DNA of 54,802 nt from Candidatus Omnitrophota bacterium (GTDB taxonomy: Bacteria > Omnitrophota > Gorgyraeia > Zapsychrales > Fredricksoniimonadaceae), in contig PEAF01000007.1 in assembly GCA_002753465.1 (NCBI GenBank), positions 1 to 54,802 of the forward strand, written 5' to 3'. Under the pieces are notes generated by a model. It did no database searches. It was given only the letters and a program-made list of their open reading frames with translations, and was not told the DNA's origin. A program made the translations under genes and the position numbers. Below are positions 23,088 through 32,303 of the stretch, piece after piece; the stretch's first letter is position 1, and each line of letters starts with the position of its first letter.

Positions 23088-23891
23088 ATGTTTAAACTTA
23101 TCCTTTCTTCCGTAATATTCCTGACGATATTTTTCCCGTCTTGCGTGCATGCGGCTATCCCTGCGCATGCGCAAGCTGATATGTTCGGCCGCGGCTGGAC
23201 GTGTGATCCGGGGTATGTAAAGAAGGATGAGCTTTGTGAGCCGTTGGTATTGCCTGCGCATGCACGCGTTAATTTACTGTCTGACGGATGGGAGTGTCAA
23301 AAAGGCTATGTCAAAATGGATAACGGATGCCAGTTGATGCGCATTCCGCCCAATGCCGAGCGCGATTCATTCGGCAATGGGTGGCGTTGCCAGCGGGGAT
23401 ATGCTCAGGAGGGCAATGAGTGCTTTGCCATTAAGATCCCCATGCACGGGCAGCTTAATGCGCTGGGGAATGACTGGCAGTGTCAGAATGGATTCAAGAA
23501 GAAGCTTAATGTCTGCATTGATATGGAGCCTCCGGAAAAAGATGCCCAGAATAAGTACCTCCGGGACCAGTATGCCAGGGAAATGATGGATCAGAAAGCG
23601 CCCACAGGCCCTTGCCGCGCAGGGTATAATAAATGCACGTCGGCGTGTTCGGCGCTGGACAGGAAGGATGTGGCATCCCTGATAAGGACGGATGATCCGA
23701 TGAGTTTATGTTTTCAGGCGTGCGCGCATGGGGAGATGCTGTGCGCGCGTGAGAAAGGTAAAAATGACTGCGGTCAATTCGCGGCATCCTGCCCGCAGTT
23801 CTGTCCTAAAGATATGAGTCTTTGCCTGGGTGCCTGTCAGGATGGGACTGACAGGTGTGTTTACCAGGCGCAACAGGTCGTTACGAAGTAG
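23088..23891 (+). CDS. Secreted cysteine-rich repeat protein
   Basis: Signal peptide; four P-x-(H/N)-(A/G)...W-x-C-x-x-G-(Y/F)...C repeats and a Cys-dense C-terminal region. Confidence 0.7.
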   Translation: MFKLILSSVIFLTIFFPSCVHAAIPAHAQADMFGRGWTCDPGYVKKDELCEPLVLPAHARVNLLSDGWECQKGYVKMDNGCQLMRIPPNAERDSFGNGWRCQRGYAQEGNECFAIKIPMHGQLNALGNDWQCQNGFKKKLNVCIDMEPPEKDAQNKYLRDQYAREMMDQKAPTGPCRAGYNKCTSACSALDRKDVASLIRTDDPMSLCFQACAHGEMLCAREKGKNDCGQFAASCPQFCPKDMSLCLGACQDGTDRCVYQAQQVVTK

Positions 23892-23893
23892 CC

Positions 23894-24277
23894 CTACTTT
23901 GTTTCGGTTGTTATGGCTGGTGAACGTAGCTCGGTGTTGGCGGTCTCCGGTGTCACGGCTTCAATCGTTTCCTGGACAGGCGCTGTTATTAAAGGGGTTT
24001 CAGCCGGCGCGGCGGTTGACTTTCTTTCATAGAGAGATCTCTCGGGCGGCGCGTTTTTGACAGGCTTCATGCCGAAGGCGTGTTTTTCGTGCGTGGACTG
24101 CACGTGTGACAGTTCCTGGAGTTCGACAGGGACGTTCTGCTGATTTTCCTGGCGCGCTTTTTTTTCTGCTTCACGCTGCGCGTGGTAGGCCTTCGGATCA
24201 ATATCGATCGCTGCCATCGCCGGCAATGCCAAGAGTAAGATCCCTAGAGTAATAAAGCTGCAGGTAGAATTTTTCAT
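23894..24277 (-). CDS. Secreted hypothetical protein
   Basis: ATG 24277 with GGAGG RBS; signal peptide ending PAMA; low-complexity tail. Confidence 0.6.
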   Translation of the reverse strand: MKNSTCSFITLGILLLALPAMAAIDIDPKAYHAQREAEKKARQENQQNVPVELQELSHVQSTHEKHAFGMKPVKNAPPERSLYERKSTAAPAETPLITAPVQETIEAVTPETANTELRSPAITTETK

Positions 24278-24461
24278 CAAGCCTCCTAGTAAGTATGCTA
24301 TTGAATACGATTTTCTCATAGATGGAATTGTAAGTCTATCTTATTCGCACACTTATATTTTGACCGTCATGTGAGTGTAATTTAAGGCCCGCGCATTCAA
24401 AATACTTAATTTCTTGCTGAATAAAATCAATTAACGTATTATATTTATAATTCCTAATTAA

Positions 24462-26762
24462 ATGAAAGGGTCCATGGATAGATATATTCCTACAAAATCG
24501 ATGTTCATCCCGTTCAAGATCGTGGCAGCTTACGTTGTTTTCGGTTTTATCTGGGTTTTGGGTTCGGATCTTTTGAGCGGGCTCATTTTCGGCGGCTCGA
24601 CTGTTGTTACCCATTTTTCGATCCTCAAGGGCTCCTTCTTTATTCTGCTGACCGGTCTTCTTTTATATTTTACGATCCGCAGGGTTATGCTGAGGTTGCT
24701 GCGCAGTGAGGCGCGTCAGCGCTTGCTGTTGGATAATATGAGCGAAGAAGTGTATGTGTACGAAGGGCTTGCGGCGGACGGATTACCGGGCAAGTTCATC
24801 GAAGTGAATGAAGAAGCCTGCCGGCGCTTGGGGTATACGCGCGAGCAGTTCCTGAACATGCGTCCCTCTGATATTGATGATCCATCCATGGTGGACGGCC
24901 TGCACGAGGCCATGAAGACCCTTAAGGCGCAGGGCCATGTCGTATGGGAAGGCGCGCACATGACCAAAGACGGGCGCAAGATCCCGGTTGACATCAGTAA
25001 CCGCCTGTTTTATATGCACGGCCGGCAGATGATCCTTTCTGTTTGCATTGACATTACCCAGCGTAAGCGTGTGCAGGAAGAGCTGGCCAAAGAGCATACG
25101 TTGTTGCGTACGCTGATCGATAATATCCCGGATGCCATTTATGTTAAGGATGAAACGGGGCGGAAGATATTGACCAACAGGTCTGACCTTGAGTTCATGG
25201 GCGGCAAAGACGAGAACGAGGTGCTGGGGAAGACCGACGCTGAAGTGTACCCGTCTTATTTGGCCGACCAATACGTTAAAGATGACATGGTCGTCCTGAA
25301 TGAGGGCGGTTCGGTCATCAACCGTGAAGAGTTTGTCGAAGACGCGGCAGGGGTTCGCCGCTGGCTTTTGACGTCAAAGATACCGCTTAAAGATAATTTC
25401 GGGCAGGTCCTGGGGCTTGTGGGTATCGGGCGTGACATTACCCAGAGGAAGTTACTCGAGAACAAGCTGCTGGTCATGGCCCATTACGATTCCCTGACCT
25501 CATTGCCGAGCAGGGCTTTGTTCCTGGATAAAGCCAATATCAGCATTGCCCATGCCAAGCGCACATCCATGTTCTGCGCCATGCTTTTTGTCGATCTCGA
25601 CCATTTCAAGAGCATCAATGATACCCTCGGGCACTCTGTCGGGGATGAGTTGCTTAAAGACACCGCCATCAAGCTGATGGAGTGCGTGCGTGAGACGGAT
25701 ATCATGGCGCGCTGGGGCGGGGATGAATTTGTCATTATGCTCAATGACCTTGAAGATGCGGATATGGCGCAGCGTACGGCGGAGCGCATCCGTGAGAAAT
25801 TCAATGCCCCGCGCATGGTCAGCGGGCACGATCTTTTTATTACCGCCAGCGTCGGCATCGCCATTTTCCCGCATGACGGCGAATCCATGGAGGAATTGCT
25901 TAAACATGCCGATACAGCCATGTATGCCGCCAAGAACTCAGGGCGTAACAATTTCTGCTTTTATGACGGTGTCATGAACAAGAAGGTTGTGGCGCGCATG
26001 CAGATGGAGCGCGGCTTGCGCGATGCGATCAGCAAGAAAGAGATGGTCCTTTATTATCAGCCGATCGTGCGCGTTTCTGACGGGAAGGTGCGCGGCTTTG
26101 AGGCTTTGCTGCGCTGGTTCAAGGAAGGTAACGGCCTGATCGGGCCGGACCAGTTCATTCCGGTGGCCGAGGAGTCAGGGCTGATCATCCCCATCGGTGA
26201 GTGGGTGCTTTTCGAGGCCTGCGCCTTCAATAAGAAAATGATGGATGCCGGATATCCGGGCCTTATCATGTCGGTCAATATCTCCGTTGTTCAGTTCCGC
26301 CGCAAGAATATCGTGGATGTGATCCGGATGGCGTTGGAAGAGACGGGTTTGCCGCCGGCCTGCCTTGAGATCGAGGTTACGGAAAGCGTCCTGATCGAGT
26401 CTTTTGACGCGGCTATCGACATCCTGAATGCTGTCAGGGAGTTGGGTGTTCAGGTGTCGCTGGATGATTTCGGTACAGGATATTCATCCTTGGTGCATTT
26501 ACAGCGTTTGCCCATTTCAAACCTTAAGATCGACCGCATGTTCATCAAGGAGATCGCCAAAGACAGCGAGCAGAACGCCATGATCCCCGCGATCATTGAC
26601 CTGGCGCATAAATTGAATCTGCGTGTCGTGGCCGAAGGTGTTGAAACAACCATACAGCTTGATAAACTGGCCGGTAATCAGTGTGATTTCTTCCAGGGCT
26701 ATCTTTTCAGCCGCCCGATGCCGGCTGACCAGGTGCTTCCTTTTCTGAAAAAGCTTTTATGA
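24462..26762 (+). CDS. Membrane-anchored PAS-PAS diguanylate cyclase/phosphodiesterase (GGDEF-EAL)
   Basis: Two TM segments, two PAS/PAC domains, RETD I-site + RWGGDEF, FEALLRW and DDFGTGYSSL. Confidence 0.93.
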   Translation: MKGSMDRYIPTKSMFIPFKIVAAYVVFGFIWVLGSDLLSGLIFGGSTVVTHFSILKGSFFILLTGLLLYFTIRRVMLRLLRSEARQRLLLDNMSEEVYVYEGLAADGLPGKFIEVNEEACRRLGYTREQFLNMRPSDIDDPSMVDGLHEAMKTLKAQGHVVWEGAHMTKDGRKIPVDISNRLFYMHGRQMILSVCIDITQRKRVQEELAKEHTLLRTLIDNIPDAIYVKDETGRKILTNRSDLEFMGGKDENEVLGKTDAEVYPSYLADQYVKDDMVVLNEGGSVINREEFVEDAAGVRRWLLTSKIPLKDNFGQVLGLVGIGRDITQRKLLENKLLVMAHYDSLTSLPSRALFLDKANISIAHAKRTSMFCAMLFVDLDHFKSINDTLGHSVGDELLKDTAIKLMECVRETDIMARWGGDEFVIMLNDLEDADMAQRTAERIREKFNAPRMVSGHDLFITASVGIAIFPHDGESMEELLKHADTAMYAAKNSGRNNFCFYDGVMNKKVVARMQMERGLRDAISKKEMVLYYQPIVRVSDGKVRGFEALLRWFKEGNGLIGPDQFIPVAEESGLIIPIGEWVLFEACAFNKKMMDAGYPGLIMSVNISVVQFRRKNIVDVIRMALEETGLPPACLEIEVTESVLIESFDAAIDILNAVRELGVQVSLDDFGTGYSSLVHLQRLPISNLKIDRMFIKEIAKDSEQNAMIPAIIDLAHKLNLRVVAEGVETTIQLDKLAGNQCDFFQGYLFSRPMPADQVLPFLKKLL

Positions 26763-26778
26763 CCCTGCGGGAGACTTC

Positions 26779-28314
26779 ATGATCAAGCGGCTGAAAGATC
26801 TTTTGGGGCGTATCGAGTCTGCCCAAACGCCCCTGAGTTATGCTATCGTCACGTTCCTGTCAGCGGTGATGCTCCGGACGTTCTGGGAACATACGCTTCT
26901 TATGCGTGACCCCTTTTCCAATGACTGGGGCATTGACCACGCCCACTATCTCTTTTTTTATATCGCGCTTGCCCTGACCTTGGCCCTTCTGCTGTATGTC
27001 CTGACCGGCGAAAATATCGCACGCATCATGCGCGTCGTCCTCCCGTCATTCATTGTGCTGACTATTGTGCCTTTGATCGACAGGGTCAGCGGGGCATCGG
27101 CTTTTTTTAATGTGACGTATTATTTCCCTGAAAAACATCCGGATATCTGGGAGCATTTCTTTTTCTTTTTCGGCCGCCTTGAATCGACGGGGGCAACGCC
27201 GGGGATGCGTGTTGAGATAGCTTTGATTCTTTTGGTGATCGCGCTTTATATCTTCATTAAAACTCAACGCCCCTGGCACGCGGTATGCGGCACCCTGATG
27301 GCTTATGTGATCATTTTTGCGTATATCGCCATGCCGGTCCTGGTGCAGGGGGTTGCTGGCCTTTTTAAAGCCAAGGCCCAGATCGATATAGCGTTTAATG
27401 TCCGGTTTTACTTGATGCTTATTTTTCCCTTGGGGCTCGGGGTTCTCTACGCCGCCGGCCCGCATATCTTCAGGGCTGTTTTCCGCGACCTGCGCTGGAT
27501 GCGCCTGACGCAATATCTTTTACTGATCGTTCTGGGGGCTGTTGTCTGCGCCAAGCATTTTTCCGGCCAGGTTGTTTTTGGCCAGGAGGGGTTCTTCCGC
27601 GTTATATTTTTATTGATCTCGGTCACTTTAGCCTGGGCATTTTGCGTCATCAGCAATAATTGGGCGGATGAGGATATTGACCGTGTTGCGAATCCCAGGC
27701 GTCCGTCTGTGGCTGGAACGGTGCCTGCGGGTGTTTATCGGTGTATCGGATGGGGTTGTTTGTGGGGTGCGGGCATTTATGCGTTGGCCATCAATGCCGC
27801 CACACTGGAGATTATGGCGGTCTTTACCGGGGCCTACTCCTTATATTCCATGCCGCCTTTGCGCCTCAAGCGGGTGCCGGTGCTGTCAAAGTTTGTCATC
27901 GGGCTCAATGCGCTTTTGATGTTCATGCTGGGGTACATGTTCTGGGCGAATTCGACGACAATACAGCTGCCGTTCATTTTATTTTTCCTGCTCTTTTTTA
28001 CGTTCTCGGCTAATTTTATTGATATTAAAGATCATGACGGCGACCTGGCGGCAGGCATCAAGACCCTGCCTGTTCTTTTGGGGCCCCTTTGGGCTAAGCG
28101 CCTGATCGGACTGTCTTTTGTGGTAACTTATCTGGCGGCGTATGAAACATTCATGCTGCAGGGGTTTTTCTGGGGGTGTTTGGCAACGGGTGCTGTGCAG
28201 TGTATCCTGATCAACCGCAAGAATTATGATGAGCGGCCGGTCCTGATCATACATGTGGCGAGCCTTATTTTCATCATCGGCTATGTGCTGCGGACAACGG
28301 GCATGGGCTTATGA
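26779..28314 (+). CDS. UbiA prenyltransferase family protein with N-terminal membrane extension
   Basis: Asp-rich motifs NNWADEDIDRVANPRRP and DIKDHDGDLAAGIKTLP; many TM helices. Confidence 0.8.
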   Translation: MIKRLKDLLGRIESAQTPLSYAIVTFLSAVMLRTFWEHTLLMRDPFSNDWGIDHAHYLFFYIALALTLALLLYVLTGENIARIMRVVLPSFIVLTIVPLIDRVSGASAFFNVTYYFPEKHPDIWEHFFFFFGRLESTGATPGMRVEIALILLVIALYIFIKTQRPWHAVCGTLMAYVIIFAYIAMPVLVQGVAGLFKAKAQIDIAFNVRFYLMLIFPLGLGVLYAAGPHIFRAVFRDLRWMRLTQYLLLIVLGAVVCAKHFSGQVVFGQEGFFRVIFLLISVTLAWAFCVISNNWADEDIDRVANPRRPSVAGTVPAGVYRCIGWGCLWGAGIYALAINAATLEIMAVFTGAYSLYSMPPLRLKRVPVLSKFVIGLNALLMFMLGYMFWANSTTIQLPFILFFLLFFTFSANFIDIKDHDGDLAAGIKTLPVLLGPLWAKRLIGLSFVVTYLAAYETFMLQGFFWGCLATGAVQCILINRKNYDERPVLIIHVASLIFIIGYVLRTTGMGL

Positions 28315-28526
28315 TGAATAAAAATGACCTTTGGGTATTTGTCGCCAGCATGATCTTCGGCACCATTGGTTTCGTCGCTTTTTCTTATGGCTGGAAGAAC
28401 CGGGTCTGGCGCCCCATGCTCATCGGATTTGCGTTGATGGGTTATACATATTTATTGTCTAATGTAATCGCGGTTTACGCCGTGGGCTGCGCGCTGACGG
28501 CGGCATTATATTATTGGCGGGAGTGA
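28311..28526 (+). CDS. Small membrane protein
   Basis: 71 aa, hydrophobic, translationally coupled to both neighbours. Confidence 0.6.
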   Translation: MMNKNDLWVFVASMIFGTIGFVAFSYGWKNRVWRPMLIGFALMGYTYLLSNVIAVYAVGCALTAALYYWRE

Positions 28527-29605
28527 TGGGTATGATCGTTATTCGCCGGGCATCTGCCCGCGTGGTCGAAGCGCCACTGACCGTGCCTTTTCGTATCGCC
28601 ACGGGCCAGCATAACACCCTGCACAATGTCTTTTTTTCCATTGAACTGAGCGGCGGCATCAAAGGTTTCGGCGAGGCGGCTGTGGCCACGCATATTACCG
28701 GCGAGACCGTTGATCAGACGCTGAAAAACCTCAAAGAGGCTGCTGCGGTGTGTGCGGGTGAAGATGTGGCGGACTACCGTTCTTTTTTGCAGGGGTTCCG
28801 TGAGAAATTTGCAGGGAATCACGCGGCGCTGGCGGCGTTTGAAATGGCTGTTTTGGACGCCTGGACGCGTTCGCTCAAGCTGCCTTTATGGAAGATATTC
28901 GGTGAGACGGCGCATCCTTTGCGATCAGACATCACCATTGTTATAGGTTCATTGGAGGAGGCTAAAGTTTCCGCGGCGCTTTACAGCCGTCAGGGGTTCA
29001 AGGCGTTCAAGATCAAGGTTGGCAAGGACCATGATCTGGACATCGCCCGTGTTTTGGCCGTTAAGAAGGCGGCACCGCGGGCCAGTATTATTCTGGATGC
29101 GAATCAGGGATTCTCAGCCAAAGATACATTAAAATTTATCGCCGCCTTGCGCTCACTTAAGGTCATCCCTGTTCTGGTCGAGCAGCCTGTTGTCCGGGAT
29201 GACTGGGATGGATTAAAGAAAGTGACACAGTCTTTGCGGCGGCAGAACATCCTGGTGTGCGCAGATGAGAGCGTGAAGTCACTGGCAGATGCGGTGCGTG
29301 CCGTGCGCGAAGGGGCTGTCAGTGCGATCAATGTCAAGTTCATGAAAAGCGGTATCCTTGAGGCTGAGGCGATCGCCCGCGTGGCGCGGGCGGCGGGGAT
29401 GGAACTGATGATAGGTGCTATGATGGAAAGTTCACTGGCCATTACGGCAGCGGCCCACATGGCGGCAGGTATGGGTTGTTTTCGTTTTGTCGACCTTGAC
29501 ACGACGTATTTCTTGAAGGGGCCTTTGTCGAAGTCACCGTATCTTGATGATAAGGGGTGTTTTGATCTGAGCCGCGCCGGTGGTGGTATCGGCGTATTAA
29601 GTTAA
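28526..29605 (+). CDS. ykfB: L-Ala-D/L-Glu (dipeptide) epimerase, enolase superfamily
   Basis: KIKVG, DANQG, EQP, ADES, NVK, DLD motifs; upstream of an NlpC/P60 gene. Confidence 0.85.
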   Translation: MGMIVIRRASARVVEAPLTVPFRIATGQHNTLHNVFFSIELSGGIKGFGEAAVATHITGETVDQTLKNLKEAAAVCAGEDVADYRSFLQGFREKFAGNHAALAAFEMAVLDAWTRSLKLPLWKIFGETAHPLRSDITIVIGSLEEAKVSAALYSRQGFKAFKIKVGKDHDLDIARVLAVKKAAPRASIILDANQGFSAKDTLKFIAALRSLKVIPVLVEQPVVRDDWDGLKKVTQSLRRQNILVCADESVKSLADAVRAVREGAVSAINVKFMKSGILEAEAIARVARAAGMELMIGAMMESSLAITAAAHMAAGMGCFRFVDLDTTYFLKGPLSKSPYLDDKGCFDLSRAGGGIGVLS

Positions 29606-29611
29606 TTTAAT

Positions 29612-30772
29612 ATGATCCATCATCCCGTCCTTATTATTATCGTTCTTCTGGCCATTGAAGTGCTGGTGCTGGCATTAAGCAAGCATCCGCGCACGCGGCA
29701 CTGGTTTGATTTCATTCCGTCCGTATTCTGGATCTATTTCCTTCCCATGATGGCGTCTACCGCGGGGCTCATTGATCCCAAGGCGCCGGTACTGTCCCTT
29801 ATCACGTCCTGGCTTTTGCCGGCAAGTTTGCTCTTGCTTCTCATCGTGGTCGATATCAAGGCTATTTTGCGTTTGGGCGGCATGGCCCTGGGCATGTTCT
29901 TCATCGGCAGTGCGGGCATCATCGCCGGAACGGTGATCTCTTTTATTATTTTTAAGCATTTGATCGGGGCTCAGTTCTGGGCAGGGTTCGGGGCCTTGTC
30001 GGCTTCCTGGACGGGCGGCAGTGCCAATATGATCGCGGTCAAGGAGGCGTTGTCCGTGCCGGATGCCGTCTTTGCGCCCATGGTCATTGTCGATACGGTC
30101 GTGCCCTACGTGTGGATGGGGATCATGATCGCCGGGGTAGGATTGCAGGGGGCTTTTGACCGCTGGAACCGTTCTGACCGCAGCATCATTGATGAATTGG
30201 GCGGAAAAGCCCAAGCCATGGCAGTGCCTGTGGTCTGGAGCCGGGCCGGATTCCTTCGCCTTGTTCTTTTGCTGGGTGCAGGTACAGGGGTAGCGTATGC
30301 ACTGGCGTCAACATTACCTGTCGTTAAAGATATCATTTCCACGTATGCGTGGACGATCATTGTGGTATCTGTTATCGGCCTTGTTTTATCACTGACGCCG
30401 GTGCGTCGTCTTGAAAAAGACGGGGCTTCACCTTGCGGGTATTACCTTCTTTATTTTGTGCTGACGGCTATCGGGGCTAAGGCGAGTGTCGCGCATATCT
30501 CTTCCGCGTTCATCCTGATAGCGGCCGGGTTTGTGATCGTCGGTATACATGCCATTTTTCTTTTGGTGGGCGCGCGCATGCTCAAGGCGCCCATGTTCCT
30601 GGTCGCGACCGCCAGTCAGGCGAATGTGGGCGGGGTAGCATCAGCCCCCGTGGTCGCCGCGGTTTATCAGCCGGGGCTGGCATCCGTCGGGCTGTTACTG
30701 GCCATCCTGGGCAATATTGTTGGAACTTATATGGGGATATTATGCGCGCAGCTTTGTCGTTTCTTTGCCTGA
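29612..30772 (+). CDS. DUF819 family membrane protein (putative peptide transporter)
   Basis: SWTGGSANM and ASQANVGGVASAP motifs; about 10 TM helices. Confidence 0.75.
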   Translation: MIHHPVLIIIVLLAIEVLVLALSKHPRTRHWFDFIPSVFWIYFLPMMASTAGLIDPKAPVLSLITSWLLPASLLLLLIVVDIKAILRLGGMALGMFFIGSAGIIAGTVISFIIFKHLIGAQFWAGFGALSASWTGGSANMIAVKEALSVPDAVFAPMVIVDTVVPYVWMGIMIAGVGLQGAFDRWNRSDRSIIDELGGKAQAMAVPVVWSRAGFLRLVLLLGAGTGVAYALASTLPVVKDIISTYAWTIIVVSVIGLVLSLTPVRRLEKDGASPCGYYLLYFVLTAIGAKASVAHISSAFILIAAGFVIVGIHAIFLLVGARMLKAPMFLVATASQANVGGVASAPVVAAVYQPGLASVGLLLAILGNIVGTYMGILCAQLCRFFA

Positions 30773-32025
30773 TGGCTATATCGGGTGCTGCTTTGGCCCA
30801 GACCGTGGATGTACCGCGTGTGACGCCCGGGATGCGTACGCCGGATTACTGGATCAGCCGTCATCGTGCACCGGACAGGCTGGTGATGTCCCCCGAAGAG
30901 ATCAAAGCCTTCAACAAGAGGACAATAGATGCGGGTCTTATAGAAGAGCTGTCTGTTTTTCCTGAGGAGTATGACGGGTATAAATTGCAGATACAGTTAC
31001 AGTCCATGCTTGATGGCTTAAAGCATCAGCGCCTCTATATGGTTAGCGGCGCTTTAGCGGGAGAGGATCTTTACGCCAGCCTTCAAAAAAAGATCGCGAT
31101 TGATGCGGTTGCTTACCGCGTTATTCCCCGCAGAGCTTTTGTGACGACTTTTACTGACCAGCGTCTTGTTCCCATGGATGAGCCGCTTTATGAGGCGCCG
31201 CGCGATGTTGACTTTGATCAGGTTCAGAACAGCGGCCTTGACCCGTCCACGCCGGTGATGGTGCTGCATCAAACCGCTGATGGCAAGTGGCTTTATGTGA
31301 AGGATATGATCGCCGGAGGCTGGGTGCATGCGGATGCTGTCGCTTTTGTGGATGAGAGGATGTGGAAAATGTTCTGGCAGGACACGTCATCTGTGGTTGT
31401 GACCGCGGCACGTACACTGGTCTGGAGCGACGCTGAGCTTAGGGGGCCGCTGGCTGCGCTCAGGATGGGCACACGGCTTATGGCTACAAAGTTCACCCGG
31501 GGCGTTGTTGAGGTCCTTTATCCGCAGCGGGGTGTCGGCGGTAAGGTTTTCTGGACAACGGCGTTCATGAAACGCGCCGATGTGACGCCGGGCTCTTTGC
31601 CGTACACGGCGCGCAATATTTACACGCAGGCTTTTAAAATGCTCGACGCGCCTTATGGCTGGGGGGATGTTCATCAGCGGCAGGATTGTTCCCGTTTTAC
31701 GCAAATGGTTTTTGCAACGGTTGGCCTTATTCTCCCGCGTAATTCAGCGGAGCAGGGTCAGACGGGGTCCGAGGTGCCTTTGCCGGAAGCGATGGGGGCG
31801 GCAACATTGTTGCGCTTGAACGGACATGTGATGCTTTACTTGGGAAGGGTTGATCAAAGGCTTTATGCCATCCATGATGTGTGGGCCTATCGCGAGAATG
31901 TCAATGGCCGCGATGTGCTCAGGCCGCTGAAGCGTGTGGTCGTGAGCGATCTTCTTTTGGGTGAGGGCTCATCCAAAGGGTCCTTGATGGAGCGCCTTGT
32001 AGCGGTCAGGTCCCTCGCCAAGTGA
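30742..32025 (+). CDS. SH3-containing NlpC/P60 peptidase (YkfC-like gamma-D-Glu endopeptidase)
   Basis: Signal peptide; PYGWG...DCS, LPRNS, GHVMLYLG catalytic motifs. Confidence 0.85.
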   Translation: MRAALSFLCLMAISGAALAQTVDVPRVTPGMRTPDYWISRHRAPDRLVMSPEEIKAFNKRTIDAGLIEELSVFPEEYDGYKLQIQLQSMLDGLKHQRLYMVSGALAGEDLYASLQKKIAIDAVAYRVIPRRAFVTTFTDQRLVPMDEPLYEAPRDVDFDQVQNSGLDPSTPVMVLHQTADGKWLYVKDMIAGGWVHADAVAFVDERMWKMFWQDTSSVVVTAARTLVWSDAELRGPLAALRMGTRLMATKFTRGVVEVLYPQRGVGGKVFWTTAFMKRADVTPGSLPYTARNIYTQAFKMLDAPYGWGDVHQRQDCSRFTQMVFATVGLILPRNSAEQGQTGSEVPLPEAMGAATLLRLNGHVMLYLGRVDQRLYAIHDVWAYRENVNGRDVLRPLKRVVVSDLLLGEGSSKGSLMERLVAVRSLAK

Positions 32026-32047
32026 CGTCGGGGGTGATTAATAAAAG

Positions 32048-32075
32048 TTGACATTTTGGGATTGTGTGGCATACT
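32048..32075 (+). promoter_or_regulatory. Sigma70-type promoter upstream of the helicase
   Basis: TTGACA-N16-CATACT with extended -10 TG. Confidence 0.5.
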
Positions 32076-32303
32076 TGTGCCGTTCAAGGTAGCGATCAGG
32101 TCAGATCTATCCCATCTGAGTATTCCCCTCCTCATTACCTTGCCCGGACAAAGGCATGTGCCGTCCGCTCGTAAGGTTCGTCAAATCTTTTTAACCAAGA
32201 TCAACCGACTAAACGGGATTTTCCGTCAGTTCAGGTGCTTTTATGTTAAAGCCCGGCTTTCGGGGATATTAAATTAATTGTAACAAGAAAGAAGAACAAA
32301 GAA

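Noticed and set aside
23600-23880. Multiheme cytochrome c
   Set aside because: No CxxCH motifs
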